DNA of 64,000 nt from Takakia lepidozioides (GCA_030704615.1 CM060734.1:55614001-55678000), one strand, 5' to 3'; positions 1 through 12,825 are shown, counted from the stretch's first letter. Program-made: numbers and translations. The notes: generated by a model not told the origin, from the sequence alone.

Positions 1-242
1 TTGGGCCAGTTTCGCTGGGATGTCTTACATTACTTCTATACTCCAACATCAACACAGGAGGGTACTCTCCAAAAGGAATTTAATTTGACAAAGCCCAGAA
101 AAGACTGCATATGTCTCCTTGAAAAAGTAACACAGTCTAAAGACAACCACTGATTACTTTTGGTGAATAGAGGAAGAATCCTCACTCGTAGGCAAATGGA
201 TCTCAGATTCCCAAATGTGAGCAGCAATGGGCAAGGACGCAC

Positions 243-1478
243 CTGGAAATGCGAGCTATTGAGACAGCGGCCAATTTGCCGGAACAAAGGAACCATACAG
301 CGCTGAAACTCGGCAGCCTGGGTGGCCTCCAACACTTCCTCAAGCTCTCCAATAAACAGAACCTCCTTCTGGCTATTTGTGACGGGCCAATACTTGAGCA
401 GGCCCCTGATTACAGTGTCTGCCAGCTTGAAATCCTTCTCCACGAACTGAATTATACAATACGATAGCTGCTGATGGTACATTGACACACATTTTGGTTT
501 GTGCAAAGGAATCAATGCACGCACAAGGAACAATTTGTGCTCTTCTTTCAGAGGAAGAGCAAACCCATTGATGATGCTACCCAGAATCTCCAACAGCTCG
601 GCAATGCCATTGTGTTTTTCAGTCTCAAAAATAAACCTGTAGAAGATGTTGTTGATGGCCTTCCGAATGAAGGGCCGGTGAACCATGAACTTGCCATAAA
701 TACGGTGCAGTATAGTTTTTAAGTATTCCCTCTCTCTTGGATCCTCGGAATCAAAAAGATCTAGTAATCTGAGCACAAACGAATGGTCAATATATCTCTT
801 CGCCAGCTTTGCATCCGTTTCAGATGAAACAACATAGCGCAACAGAAACTCATACACAATTTGCAGATGTGGCCACGCTGGCTCCATGGTTGGCTCTTCT
901 TCTTCGGGATCAAAGTTTTCAGAACCTGTGTTTTCATGCGAGGAGGGGGGAAGTGTGCGGAAGAGGTTAGCCACGAGCATTTTCGTGATGTCTTCATAGA
1001 CTGCTTCAGTGAACTTGCCAGTACCTGCTGTCACATAGTCCACCAATTCCAGCAGGGTTAACCTCTTGGTTTCTTTCTCTTTCACATTCTTTGCGGGGTC
1101 TGCAAAGTCGAATGTGTAGGAGCACAAATTCAGTTTTTTAAGGAAAAGATTCTGCCTATCTGAGCTCGGGACATCTCTAAACGATGGCAACGGCTCAAAA
1201 CTGCCATTTGGAATCTTTTCCTTCGATGGCCCGGGGCGCTGTGCTGAGACAGCTGCGGCCGCTGGCGCACTGGTTCGAACAACAGGCGCCACCGCTGCTC
1301 GTGCCCCCCCTGCGTTCGTGCTGGGTTTGGAGGCCGGCTGTGGAGCAGACGTAGCCGAGGCTGATGATGATGAAGCCCCAGACCCTGAAGAGGCATTCCA
1401 GGAGGGATCATTGTTGTTATTTTCAGCCTTGCTCGTACCCTTGCTGCTGCGGATCACTTTCCTCAGATTAAACACCAT
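243..1478 (-). CDS. Protein phosphatase 2A regulatory subunit B' (B56), first coding exon; gene continues left of the window
   Basis: ORF 36..1478 carries B56 signatures ([68 protein letters not shown]). Homology stops at CLNSSHFQ, where a minus-strand donor (CAG|GT, 243/242) begins an intron. Confidence 0.96.
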
Positions 1479-2751
1479 GCCTAGCTACCTATCCTGTTCC
1501 CCTCTCTTCACCTGCCTGTGTATGTTCTAAACACTTGCATGCGCAAGCCCTACGAGAATACCCCCTTAAGGTGATGTCCTGGTGACCACCACTGCATTTG
1601 CAAGATGCTGTTTTAGAGCACGCGTCCACATCTACCGGGTCTGCACTTTTCCGGCATCCCACACAGTGCTCAGCCTTGCCAGTATGCCATCGGAGCTATC
1701 CAATCCACCGTCGCACTGCTTTCAGTACTTGCAGACATGTCCTCTGCCTGACAATCTGGCACAGAGGAAAATTAGTGCAGACGGCAAAGGTGATGGTTAA
1801 CAGCAGCCTCAAGACCGTTCTTGCACGCTACAAATCCAAGTCCCAAGCATCTCATCAGACCCTACAGCGATCGCCATGCCGGGGCCACCACTCACCTTCT
1901 CCCCACAAAGTCCACATCCATCAAGCGGACTCCCAATGCACAAACATCGAGCAGGTACCAGCGCCTAGCCAGCTACGGCCGGAACCTCCAGCAAGCGAAC
2001 AAAATGCAGACACTTGCCAACAAAAGAGCAGTCTTTGAAGCCCTAATGCGTGCCCCGAGATTTTCTGGCAAATATGTTAAGGGTTACCACAGCTCTTCCT
2101 ACCTAAAAGCCTTCTCACCGAACGGCACGTTCCAGGAAGATGAGCAGAGTTGATCCTTGAAGGCCAGACACATGGGAATCCCACACAGGACGATCGTTCC
2201 TACCTCTACCGCACCACCACTGCATACTTACTGCAACACCACCACACTGAGAGTGCTCCTGCCGGGGGGAGAGAGACGAGAACACGATACTGCTGACTCA
2301 CCCCCGTGGACGCCTTCGATCTCTCCGAACCGGTCCACTGTCACATCCGCGGCTCACACAAATCAACAAACAACTCTTTTTTTAAGCTCTGTAGGTATTT
2401 TTAGAGCGTGGCATATTTTCCACGTAGCAATATTACATAATTTTAACTCCGAGATGAAATTATTTTCCATAAAATTTCATTGGTCGTTATGTTTGTAACA
2501 TAAAAATGATCCCAAGATTGTTTGTGCCTTATTGCCCCCACGAGGTTATTTTTTCCTCGTCCTCTAAGTAATATGAGTTACAGGGCTCCGTTCCCCTTTC
2601 AATTTAAAAAATAAAAAAATAAAAAAATGATAGAGTATTTATTAGGGTTTATAATTCAAACATACACTTATTGCAGTCACGTGCAAATATGCTATTCCAA
2701 ATCCATGAGCCAATTTCTGATTTATCTTTTTTTTTTGTTTTTCAAAAGGGG

Positions 2752-5340
2752 ATTTTTCTTTTCTTTTTCTTTTCTTTTTCTTTTTTTTAAAATTTTAAGA
2801 ACAGTGGGATTGTAGCCCTGAGAATTTTATTAATGAAGGGTAAGGAAAAAATAACCTTACAACCATAAGGCAGAAAAGTGAGGTTCCATTCCGAGCCGCC
2901 CAACAGCCTAAGGAAGATGGAAGAAGAGCACGAAAAGATAAAAGAATCTGCACTGATGTTGCAAGAACCGCATCAGTCTGCAATAGCTAGAAACTAAAAA
3001 GTCTACAGAGAAGAGAATATGAATCAGAAGTGATGCCTAATCATCTTCACCAGCCTGAATAATAAGAAATCAGGAGGGTGTAAAGAAAGCAAACATCCGA
3101 AGAGAACCATTCGGCATGGCTGCATAGATGAAGAATAAGCTTGAGACTAAGTTAGGCAAAGGGCCAGATCGAAACCCTAATAAGAGGGATCTATAAACTT
3201 CCACACTTTCTCTTGGGGGCCTCAAAGGAGAGCTGAGCCCTAGATTTGCTCATACTACTATTTCTCTTGTGCCTCCAGTTGACTTCCGCTTCCTCCTCAG
3301 CCAGGGGGGATGCCTTGATGATGATGTTACTGCCAGCAAGCATGGAGGTCATCATACCATTGGATCCGAGATTCGTCAATCCTCCTGCAGAAGAAGCCCC
3401 CTCTGCCCCAGGAGCTATCGAAGTCTGCAATAAGTTGATCCCTCCTCCTGTCTCCATACTTTTGAATGGCTGCCACAAGTAGACACCTAGCTTTGCGAGC
3501 TTCAGCCTTTAAGTCTGAGTGAGCTAAAAGCAAGACCCTTTCCAGGCAAGGCATTTCATTCCGAAAAACAGTAGTGCATCTCATCTTCTAGATATGCCAC
3601 AAGACAATGCCTCTAAGTGACTCCCAGAAAGGACAGGGACAGAAACAACTGCCGTCCTTAACATTGAGAAGAAGAGCAGAGGGAGTGTAGGTGAGGTCCC
3701 TGATCCAAAAGGTATAGAGAGCAGTTGCACGGGCCCAGACAGTCTGAGCAAAAGGGCAATAGAGGAGGCAGTGCTCCAGATCCTCTGGAGTGTTCGTACT
3801 GCAGATCAGACAAGGGGAGGGATGATCGTTTGTGATGCATCCAATAGGTAGGATTCTGTTGGCTACTCTCCAATGAAAGGAAGAGATTTTTGAAGCTCTA
3901 TGCTTATTCCAAATGTCTTTCCAGACCAGGTTCCATAGAATCGAACGCCCAGGATGGTGAAACCACTTTCTGGACCGTTTCCTGTGAAAGGATTGGTTAG
4001 GCACCAGCAAAGAGTAACCCAATTTCACGGTATAGGCAAATAAGTCTTCATGTTTCTTCGACATCCACTTCCATTCGGCAAGGTCGAACTGCAGTAATCT
4101 TACTGGAGCTGAGAGGAACAAAAAAAATGAGTTATCATAGTGCTGCAGCAGAACAGGGGGATGAGGGCTCGATTTACCCGAGGATGAGGAAATCACCCCT
4201 TATATCAAACCAACTGGCATCGGCAGGAAGGTGATCTTCCTTTGGACAAGTTAAAAAACCATTGCTTTGTACATGAAATGAAATGCCAAGGCAATCACAT
4301 ACATAGCTTTAGGGCCAGTGTTGGATTGAAATCCCCTCCATCTTGGAAGAAAAAAACCTTGATTATCTGCAAGAAGATCAAGCCACCTTTGCGGGAGACT
4401 GCCCATAATTGTTTGCCAGCCAGAAGCCATTCTTCTGGCAGAAAATCCATTTGCTGCCATCTCGGGGAGGATAGGTGTATTCGCATTCACATCCCAGAAA
4501 TGCATCAGATGGGATAGGCCAGCGCGTTCCTAGTGCGACCACCTCTGAGAGCAAGTGACAAGGTCTTCGGACTCCCTATTATAATTACCAAAGAGCGGCT
4601 GCCGAATCGCCTCCTCAAAGGTTGATGGCATAGATTGGAATAAGTAATTTCTCATCTTGCACCAAGCAGTCCAAATTGTTTGCCAGGCTGTAGATCCAAT
4701 TCTCGGCTTCACGTTTAATTTCCCCCCCTGTACCATCCATTTGAGGGAGGAAGGCCCTAGAAAACTTGTTTAAGGGATAGCCGCAGCGACAGGGTGTCTT
4801 ACCAACCTGCTCCACGGGCTCTGAAAATTCGTAAAGATTCGATGAACCCATTTTGCCAGAAGGGCAATGATATGAGACTGGGGATCCATCACCCCCAGGC
4901 CACCTTTTTTCTCTTTTGACAAAGCTGCGCCCAACTGACCAGGGCTCTTCTGTTTGCAGCGGCAGAAGTGGTCCCCCAGATAAAATTACGAACCATGGCT
5001 TTGATGCTTTTGATAATAGACGCCCCAGAGGACCAGACAACAGCTGAGAACCAAGATGAGGCAAGGACCACCTGGTTGGCTATTATCACTCTCTCCCATA
5101 TAGTTAAATGCAACGAGCTCCAATACGCGAGCTTTTGCATTATCTTTGTAAGGACAGCAGCAAAGCGGCGTTCATCAGATATCCCATGTCCAATGTAATA
5201 TCCAAGGCACTCATGCATCTGCCCATCCTCCAACCATTTCAAGCCCAGATTTCCTCCCCAAGGGCCACAATGAACTGCAACAGAGCCTTGTGGGATGACA
5301 CTCAGCAACCCCACTGATTTCTCCTAGTTTATCTTTAATC
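2752..5340 (-). mobile_element. 5'-truncated, frameshifted L1/Tx1-type LINE (RT C-terminal region plus zf-RVT)
   Basis: Broken ORFs 4889..5314 (CLGYYIG...LTIWERVIIANQV...IRNFIWG...VSWAQLC), 4530..4736, 4251..4505 and 3588..4196 (W-x-x-IW...KISSFHWR...CLIC...EDLEHCLLYC, a zf-RVT pattern). Minus-strand AATAAA near 2826-2831, followed by an A-rich tail (T-rich on +, ~2752-2788). Confidence 0.85.
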
Positions 5341-5434
5341 CAGAAGCCTCACAGAAACAGTTTATCTTAATTCTTAAAAAGCTAAAAGAAAGCCTAGTTT
5401 TGGGTGTTCTGTTTTTGTTTTTTTCTTGAGAAGG

Positions 5435-5610
5435 AACTTAAGGGGAGAGAGGCCCTTTTAATCAAATTAATTAAGAAAAGGTCGGACAGGTGGATAAAAT
5501 AACCACCACCAAGGCCTTTCAAAAAAAAAAAAAAAAAAAAAACTTAAGGGGGACGGAGGCCCATTTCATCAAATTAATTAACGAGAGGCAAAAATAACCT
5601 CGAGGCCATA
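5435..5610. repeat. Imperfect tandem duplication (~85-105 bp) separated by a poly(A) run
   Basis: AACTTAAGGGG...GAGGCCC...ATCAAATTAATTAA...AAAATAACC occurs at ~5435 and ~5541, with an A run at 5522-5542. Confidence 0.7.
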
Positions 5611-5660
5611 AGGTTCACAAAGCGAGTGATTTTAAAAGTCAATGTTTGAGAAAAGAAACA

Positions 5661-6510
5661 CAGAGACGGGAAAAAGAAAAGCCTAGGTCCGGGTCCAGTG
5701 TTGGTCTGGTATTGGATAGTGCCTCTGGTATCAACCCTGGTATCACGGACCAGCCTGGTCTTCGATGGCCGACACTCGGGCCGACACCAGGATATACATG
5801 AACCCGACCAGGCTGGTATCACGGTTTTGGGATCATTGTTGATACTCGCTCCAAGTGTTCAGCACTCCTCGCTCATCTGGTATCAATGCTGGCTCTACTA
5901 CTATGAGATTCAGAGAACACATGACCTGGTCCCAGATTTGAGATACCGAGGCCGATACTAGTGCACAGACTAATTATATTTTGGAAAAGGCGCGGCACCA
6001 GACCAGTCTGGTATCAGGCGCGGTTTGATACTCGCTCCGCGCGTTTTGCAGCCGTTACTCCACTGGTATCAGTGCATGCTATTGGAGATGTGCACTTGGG
6101 CAAGTATGGGCTCATTTTGGAATCTGCGGGGACTTATGTGTCCTGATTTGTGTCTAATACGTGAATCTCTTGGTTGGTGATGTAGGTATTGTTGTGTATG
6201 TCTTGTATACCAGATCGTGTTGTGTAAATACACCTAGAAGTTTCATTCACACCTTGGCCTCATTTGCATGCTTCACTAGCTAGTTGTTTTTGTGATGAAT
6301 TTGAATCTGGTTTGATCCATAGGTGACCGTTGATACTAGCTAATCACACCTGTATTGATACCAATGCAGAAGTAAATCACACCAGACTGGTATGAAATTC
6401 AAGCAATCCTCTGGTACCAGTTTCCATCTGGTACATTTTGGCAGCAACCCATAAACCAGGACCTGGTATCACAAAATCCCAATACCAGGCCAACATTGGT
6501 CCCGTCCCTG
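5661..6510. mobile_element. Putative non-autonomous DNA transposon with repeated CTGGTATCA motifs
   Basis: At least seven copies of CTGGTATCA plus variants and reverse complements. Ends are CAGAGACGGGA (5661) and TCCCGTCCCTG (6500-6510), an imperfect inverted pair. No TSD found. Confidence 0.45.
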
Positions 6511-6974
6511 TTTCTCTTCCGTCCAATGGATGAACGAAAACCTTCGGGGAGAGTTGGGCGGTGATAACCTTAGCTGCAGTCGGACGCAGAATCCACACTG
6601 AGCGGTCGACGAATGATGAAGCTCCAAGTGGCAATGTGGCTGCCGCCGGCGGGTTCAAATCCTGCTTGACTTTGACTGTCGCCCAGCAAAAGTCTAATGT
6701 CCAGCGACTCATACCATGTAGCAAAGCACCAAAGAGTTGAACCCCGGATCACTTATTTTATGGAGGGTCTGTCCCTGTTGTTTAAATAAAAACAAAAAAC
6801 AAAAAACATCATTTCAGAAAAAAAAAACTCTTGAGGTTATTTTTCCTCTTGTAGCAATCATGCATTCATGGCTGAGTCCACGGTGGGTAATAATTCTTTT
6901 TTCTCAAATTGTTTTCTTAAATATTAGGGATGTAGTATGTAGCAGCTAGAAACATGATCCATGAGTCAATCCTT

Positions 6975-7051
6975 GTTTTGGTGGATTCGAACACGGGACC
7001 ACTCGCTAGCGGGCTATGTTCTTGGCCCCAACCGTCGTCAAGCTGTAGAGG
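6975..7051 (-). mobile_element. Degenerate tRNA-derived (SINE-like) head
   Basis: Minus strand reads GCCTCTACAGCTTGACGACGG...GTGGTCCCGTGTTCGAATCC: a weak A-box and a good B-box (GTTCGAATCC). No cloverleaf. Confidence 0.4.
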
Positions 7052-7702
7052 CACAGCGTTGTGAGGTGTTGCAGGGCAGCAAGGTTTTGAGTGGGAGAGG
7101 AGAGCGAAGGTTGCGCTGTACAGCTGGACAGCGGCAATTACCTAGAGGCGGGTATTGACAAATGGCGGAGTTTGGGAACGGCCCAGGTTCCTCCTCTCGC
7201 ATCGTCTCTCTTTCCGCAAATTTTCTCTCCTTGCAACAAACCTACTTGTAACAAAACATTTCTCTCACAGCCATGCCATAGATCTGCGAGCATGTGCGTG
7301 AAAAGGAAGCTCTGGACGTCATGCTGGAGCTGATGATCTCGACCCGCAGTGACCCGGCTTGTTAGTCAGATCGAAGCTCTCAGACCTCCTCAGTTCACGA
7401 AGAAAAACTTGAAATCATGAATCCAGCCTAACAAATTGAGATATGAGTGATTGAAGTTTGCAGTATCTTTGCGATTTACGGAAGTCAGTATCGTGTAGGT
7501 TCCCAAGCAAAAATTGAAGTTATAGCTGCTATCACATGTTGAATATTCATTGGGCACCATTTCCTTTCGATATAATGTCCACGGTTGGAATCTGAGAAGA
7601 AGAAAGCCAATTAATGATTCACGTGTGCAGAGTGCATTTCTACAGGAAAGAGATGCATGCACAAGTCCAAAACTCGTTTGTGTTTATGGAACAGACCAGG
7701 AG

Positions 7703-9377
7703 ATGCCATCCAGTGTGGGAGCTAACTATGCAAAAGAGGGCTACAGACCAGATGTACCCGTGGAGATTAACAAGGTACCCCACGACCCGCCCCTCTCTCT
7801 ATTTTTCGCAGTAGAGGGAGATTACATCCTTATCACTTGAGGCATTCTGTGTTCGAGATAAGAAATGGCTGAGCACTTGCCTTCGACATTGGTGACCGGT
7901 CACTTCATCTCGAATTTTCTTCTTAAATATTATGGTTTGTGGATCCATAGTGATCACGAGCAATATGCGCTGTATAGCTCCTGGATAGCTAGCCTTGGGA
8001 AACTTGAACGGCACGAAGGAGATCATCAAGCACCGAGGGAGATCATGGCCTGTGCACACGTACGTGTGAACCATGCATCTCGCTGGATTAGTGAACGAAC
8101 TAGTATGTATGATCTGCAGCGCTGTTCTTCATTCAGCAACTTGTTTCGCCAAGGTAGCATTCGCAAATTTGTGCTTTTGAGTTTGCTACTGGACAGTAGT
8201 CCAGATCTAAATCCCATATTTTCCTCAGATGCTGCATCTCGCATGTATCCAACTTGACATATATGTCAGGTGATTTTGCAAAGTGAATTGCCATATGCTC
8301 CACGATGCCGGTTTTTCCCAGGCAAAGCGAAAGAAATGATAGGGGCAGTTCTGCGAGACAAATTGACGGGTGTCGTGTATGATCCCGAAAACGTGCCTAC
8401 CTGGGTCCGAGAAATCACTGATGAAATCAAGAAAGGTCTTAAAGGTGCTTCTCTGAACTACTTCTAGAAAGATTAAAAGCGCTTAAATGTAATGTGGACC
8501 CTTCATGAATACTTCTCGAAGAAACTGTGTAAATATCCGAGGAGGGGAGAAAGAAAGAAAGAAACTTTGTAACTTCCATTGGAAACTCAGAGCTTAAATG
8601 GGACAAAGGAAAGCAGTATACAAGAAAGAAAAGGGGGGGCCCTCAACAAGCAGCCACAAATGAACATCGAGAGATTAGACTCTAAGCTGGAGAGTTCATG
8701 AAGATAGGCTGCCAGGCATCTCTCATTCCCTAATGTAGACCTCCGTCACGGATTGGCTATCTCGTCAACTAGAAAATAGTAGTGGGCCCAGATTTGTTAG
8801 TCGAGCGGACGGCGGAAGAAGAAATCATGTTCCTCGGACTAAACTTGTCTTCTTTCTTGTCATCTTCAGCACGGGCAGGACATTCAGCACGCTGCAGGAG
8901 AAAGAATGTGACAAAGACAGAATCTGGCAACTCCATAGAAAACACACATGGGTTATACGAAGTGTAGCAAAACCGAATCTCATAAGTTTTAGCTCTGAGG
9001 TTATTAAGCTTGCCGACTTGCCAAACAAATTCCAGTCGTTCATCAGCATGGGCGAGAGATAGGAAAAGAGAAATATACAAGAAGAAAGAAAGGAGCTTTG
9101 CAATGTCCATCGCCTCAGGTAATGAATGTATTGACAGAAGGGTCGAAGGCCGATGCATTACTACTTTGAGCTAAACCAGAGTATATGGTACGCAGATATG
9201 GATTTGGAAAGGTACAAGCTGGTAGTGCAAGCAGTGATTGGGGAGCAGCGCGGCCAAGGCTTCCAGATGTCGTGTCGCTGCTTCTGGGACCCAAACACCG
9301 ACAACTACGCCCACGATTCATTTGTGAATGAAAGCATTTTCTGCGTCGCTGGAGCATTTGCCCTCTACTTGTATTAG
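7703..9377 (+). CDS. TCTEX1D2: Tctex1-domain dynein light chain, TCTEX1D2/DYNLT2B-like (IFT dynein-2 light chain)
   Basis: Phase-compatible GT-AG exons 7703-7774, 8270-8444 and 9196-9377. C-terminus DMDLERYKLVVQAVIGEQRGQGFQMSCRCFWDPNTDNYAHDSFVNESIFCVAGAFALYLY closely resembles TCTEX1D2 as recalled. The first exon is less certain. Confidence 0.85.
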
Positions 9378-9644
9378 TTTCCATTTTATGCATGTCTGCC
9401 CTAGCTTTTGGAAGTGAAGGCCTACACACAACTGTTGCACGAAGAGCAAAGTTGACATCAAACTCCTCTTGTATTTACCTAAATTATCACAGGTCTGAAC
9501 TTACAAGAGCAGTGCTACCAATCACTTCCATTGCAAATCATCCATGAGCACTCCACTGACGTGAGATTCTACGAGCATAAGGGAAGAGAACTTTGGAAGA
9601 CAAGAGGCTAACTTGGAACAGCACTGATTCATCAAATTTTGTTA

Positions 9645-9882
9645 TGTACAGCCAAGCCTTATTGTCTTCGACAAAAGCTAGCTGGTCCACTTCAATCCAC
9701 AGGGTGATGTCTAGCATGTCCAGGAATTCAGCAACAACACTGAGAGGGTTAGATCTGTGACCCGAAAATGAGGAGGTTGTTTGATTTATATTCTAATTTA
9801 TGGTGAGGTTGTCTCTACTTGAGCACTCGACTTGGCACAAATCTGTACCAGACCCACCCCTGGTGGTTGTACTGAGAAATCT
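9645..9882 (+). repeat. Dispersed repeat A, copy 1 (inverted relative to 23782-24032)
   Basis: CTTCGACAAAAGCTAGCTGGTCCAC...GTACTGAGAAATCTC is the near-identical reverse complement of 23782-24032. Confidence 0.9.
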
Positions 9883-11430
9883 CCCTCTCCCTTCTCCCTC
9901 TCCACTTGTACTGAAAAGCTGATTGGCTGCAAGATTGACATTTTTCTTTGAAGACAGAAGGTAATGGGAATGCAGATAGTCAAGAAGAGATTGAGGGACA
10001 GCTCATTTCTGAAGGAGGAAAAATCTAGGCATGCATCTTTTTCCATGCAGACGAAACCAGAACCTCGAGCAATTATTACTCGAATTTCATGGTACAGCTA
10101 ACAACATTCCATTCATTAAGTTTTCTCCAGCACGCCGGTTTCGGGCGCTCTCTGAGACTTTGGCTCTCACAAGCTGCGGATTGAAATGAGAAAATGGTCG
10201 AGAGACAAACAGCGATCATAGGCCACTGTAATATGCCCGATCTGCACAATGCAAGAAGTGGACATGGGCCTTTGGGGCAGGCCTCTGTTCCCGTTGTAAC
10301 GTTGGGGCCCCAATTTAAGATTTTCTGCTTTCCATAGTCCACTTCCCGTGTACGCTATTAAGCTTCTTTCTTCCTCTCTTTGTGACTTCAGATGCAGTTC
10401 GCCTCAAGGGGGAGTTTAAAGATGGATTGTCTCTCCCATTCGTACACATCCAATTTCACGACCAACACTCATCCCCACTTGAGCAAGAAATCTTCCAAAT
10501 GGAGATTCATGGTCCTGCAGGCTGACGTGAACAAAAGTGGTGTAAATCACAGATCTTCAAGAACCGAGTACAACAAAAGGGTCACAGAGGAATCGCAGAA
10601 AATGAGAGGTTAGTTGCCAAGCCACAGCATGTTTGTGTACACTATCTTGCAAGCCAATTGTACGTGATTTCCAGCCCATAATGCAGTACTCGAGAATCTA
10701 TAAGAGATTGATATATCAATCAGCCAAGTCTCAGATCGACCTGGGATCAACCAATAAACCTTGTCCAGAATCAAAATATTTAATGGCCGTGATCATTCCC
10801 TACAGAGGGGTGACATGATCCGAAAGCAAGTTGCAGTGTCCAGCACTACATTCAGCATCCCTAGTTTAGGGTAACTTTTGACGAAACTTTGTGAGAGGGT
10901 CGCAACATCAACCAAGAGCAGTCCTGGATTCTGGAGTATGATGGTGCATAAATTTGAATTCAATGGTGGACTGGAAGTGGTATGCTTGCGGGTAAAACGC
11001 ATCTGCCCTACCATGCTACTCTTCCAACAAGCTGCAGTGTGTCAAACCCTGGGGTAGTACTTCCTATAAAACACTTGGAGCCTGCTGTATGCATGGAACC
11101 TTCCTTTTATGCTACAGTGTCTGAAAGAAAAGAGAGCTCTAGTTGTTAACCAGGGACAGAAAGATAGAGGAAATGGAGTAGCTGAACAAGAAACTCACAG
11201 GAGCAGAAAGAAAGAGAGAAATTTCCATCTGTCAGTCTGCCTCCCTGTCTGCAAATGCATCCTTCACTTCGCGCCACAACTTCTCCAGCAACAAGTAAAT
11301 CTATTTACAAAAGTTTCAACTTGGGTGGTTAGACACCCTTGAGATTTGGCAGAGAACCCAACCTTCACAAGATCTGCAATTTCAATGTCCTACCTCCTGG
11401 AATGAATCCATCACCCCCGCAGAGCAAGGT

Positions 11431-12825
11431 TCACATGGCTCCTGATCGGTAAATCCTGCCTGTTTCGCCTGAAACCTCCATGATTGACTGTTGAAACCCG
11501 GGGGCACCTGCATCACTAAAACGGGCGTAGAAGGCCTCGTCGGTCAGCTTCAACATGTTGGCCAAAGACAAGCGCAAATTGAGTTTCTCCAGAAACTGAT
11601 GCCTAGGCTGGATTCTGTATTCAAGGCTGTACCCAAAAAACTGAGGGAAAGCCTTGAGATCTTCCAGGCCACGCTCCATTACTTTCACTAGGTATATGTG
11701 TTTCCTCCGGAGATTGCTGTCAATGCTATAATTGAATATGGCTGGAAACCTAACAAGAACTCGCACTCCATCGTCATAGGACAGACCAATGCTTTGAAGG
11801 AATTCAAGCTTAGGAATAAGCTTGTTCTGAATGCTACAAGTAAGGAGAGTGGCATTGTTAGATATGACAGAGGGCATGTCAGTGAAACCCAGGGATTGCA
11901 AGTACTCCATAGTGGGACGCAGCTGCGCATCCACACTGGCAAGCAATAGGCGCGAACATCTGTTAACTACATACCCCACATCCTTCTCAGGCAGCCGCAC
12001 TTCCTGCAATAGGAACCGCACGGCTGGTTTTAGGGTTTCCTCAACACTTTCACCCAGCAGCTGAGGATTTTGCGTAAGCACTCGTGCCAAATACTTCCCA
12101 CGCAACCCGCAAGCCTCGAGGAAGGCAACCACCCCCCTCACGTTTTGCATTGAGCACTTCCCAAAAAGAGGATACAGTGTCAACACTTTGCTGGAATCAA
12201 CCCCATAGTTTTCCAAAAACAAGATCTTCTCCTCAAATCTTTGCAGTACCCGCCACTCCGGCTTCTCACTGCAGTAAACAATTTTCCTTCTCTGCAATTT
12301 GCCGTACTCGTGTCCCCAATCACTCTCTTTACTACTGTGGTACGAGGACGGGCCGGGCTCAGCATTAAGCGAGCGATCATACAATCTTTCCCCCACACCA
12401 CTGCCATTAGGACATAGCTCCACCAGATCTGTCCGGTGCATGGGGTTCTTCTCGAGAGAATCCTCTAGATAAGAAATTGATTCCAAAATGAAGTCTGATC
12501 GCCCTGTGTCCCTCCTGTCTTCCCTGGTAACTTGCCTCACAGGTGGATCGTCTCTGGCGGCCAAATAGGGCTGCTCTACTCGCCACCTCGGAGCATCCAC
12601 AATAGCCTCCTTATCAACAACAATCCACTGTCCACGAGGTATTCTACCCCTTCCAACACTGGGCAGCTGCGCCTGTCTTACGAGAGACACACCGGGTGGA
12701 GGACATACCTGGCTCCACAAGCACACGGCCTCCCCCTCACCCAGTCTTGCTACATGAGCGCCCTGCTGCAATTGCAAGACATGGTGAGGCATTTTGGAGG
12801 CTTGTTTCACTGGCTCTATCTCCAC
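11431..12825 (-). CDS. mTERF family protein (organelle-targeted), intronless
   Basis: 464-aa ORF with mTERF repeats (NPQLLGESVEETLKPAVRFL, FPAIFNYSIDSNLRRK, FPQFFGYSLEYRIQPRH). Confidence 0.92.
   Translation of the reverse strand: MEIEPVKQASKMPHHVLQLQQGAHVARLGEGEAVCLWSQVCPPPGVSLVRQAQLPSVGRGRIPRGQWIVVDKEAIVDAPRWRVEQPYLAARDDPPVRQVTREDRRDTGRSDFILESISYLEDSLEKNPMHRTDLVELCPNGSGVGERLYDRSLNAEPGPSSYHSSKESDWGHEYGKLQRRKIVYCSEKPEWRVLQRFEEKILFLENYGVDSSKVLTLYPLFGKCSMQNVRGVVAFLEACGLRGKYLARVLTQNPQLLGESVEETLKPAVRFLLQEVRLPEKDVGYVVNRCSRLLLASVDAQLRPTMEYLQSLGFTDMPSVISNNATLLTCSIQNKLIPKLEFLQSIGLSYDDGVRVLVRFPAIFNYSIDSNLRRKHIYLVKVMERGLEDLKAFPQFFGYSLEYRIQPRHQFLEKLNLRLSLANMLKLTDEAFYARFSDAGAPGFQQSIMEVSGETGRIYRSGAM

Noticed and set aside
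36-242. C-terminal ~68 codons of the 480-aa PP2A B' ORF
   Set aside because: Read-through into an intron; homology ends at the splice donor after SSHFQ.
6525-6760. RNase MRP, telomerase RNA or spliceosomal snRNA
   Set aside because: Lacks GAAAGUCCCC and GGGGCUYA boxes, a CUAAACCCU-type template, known snRNA 5' ends and an evident USE/TATA promoter.
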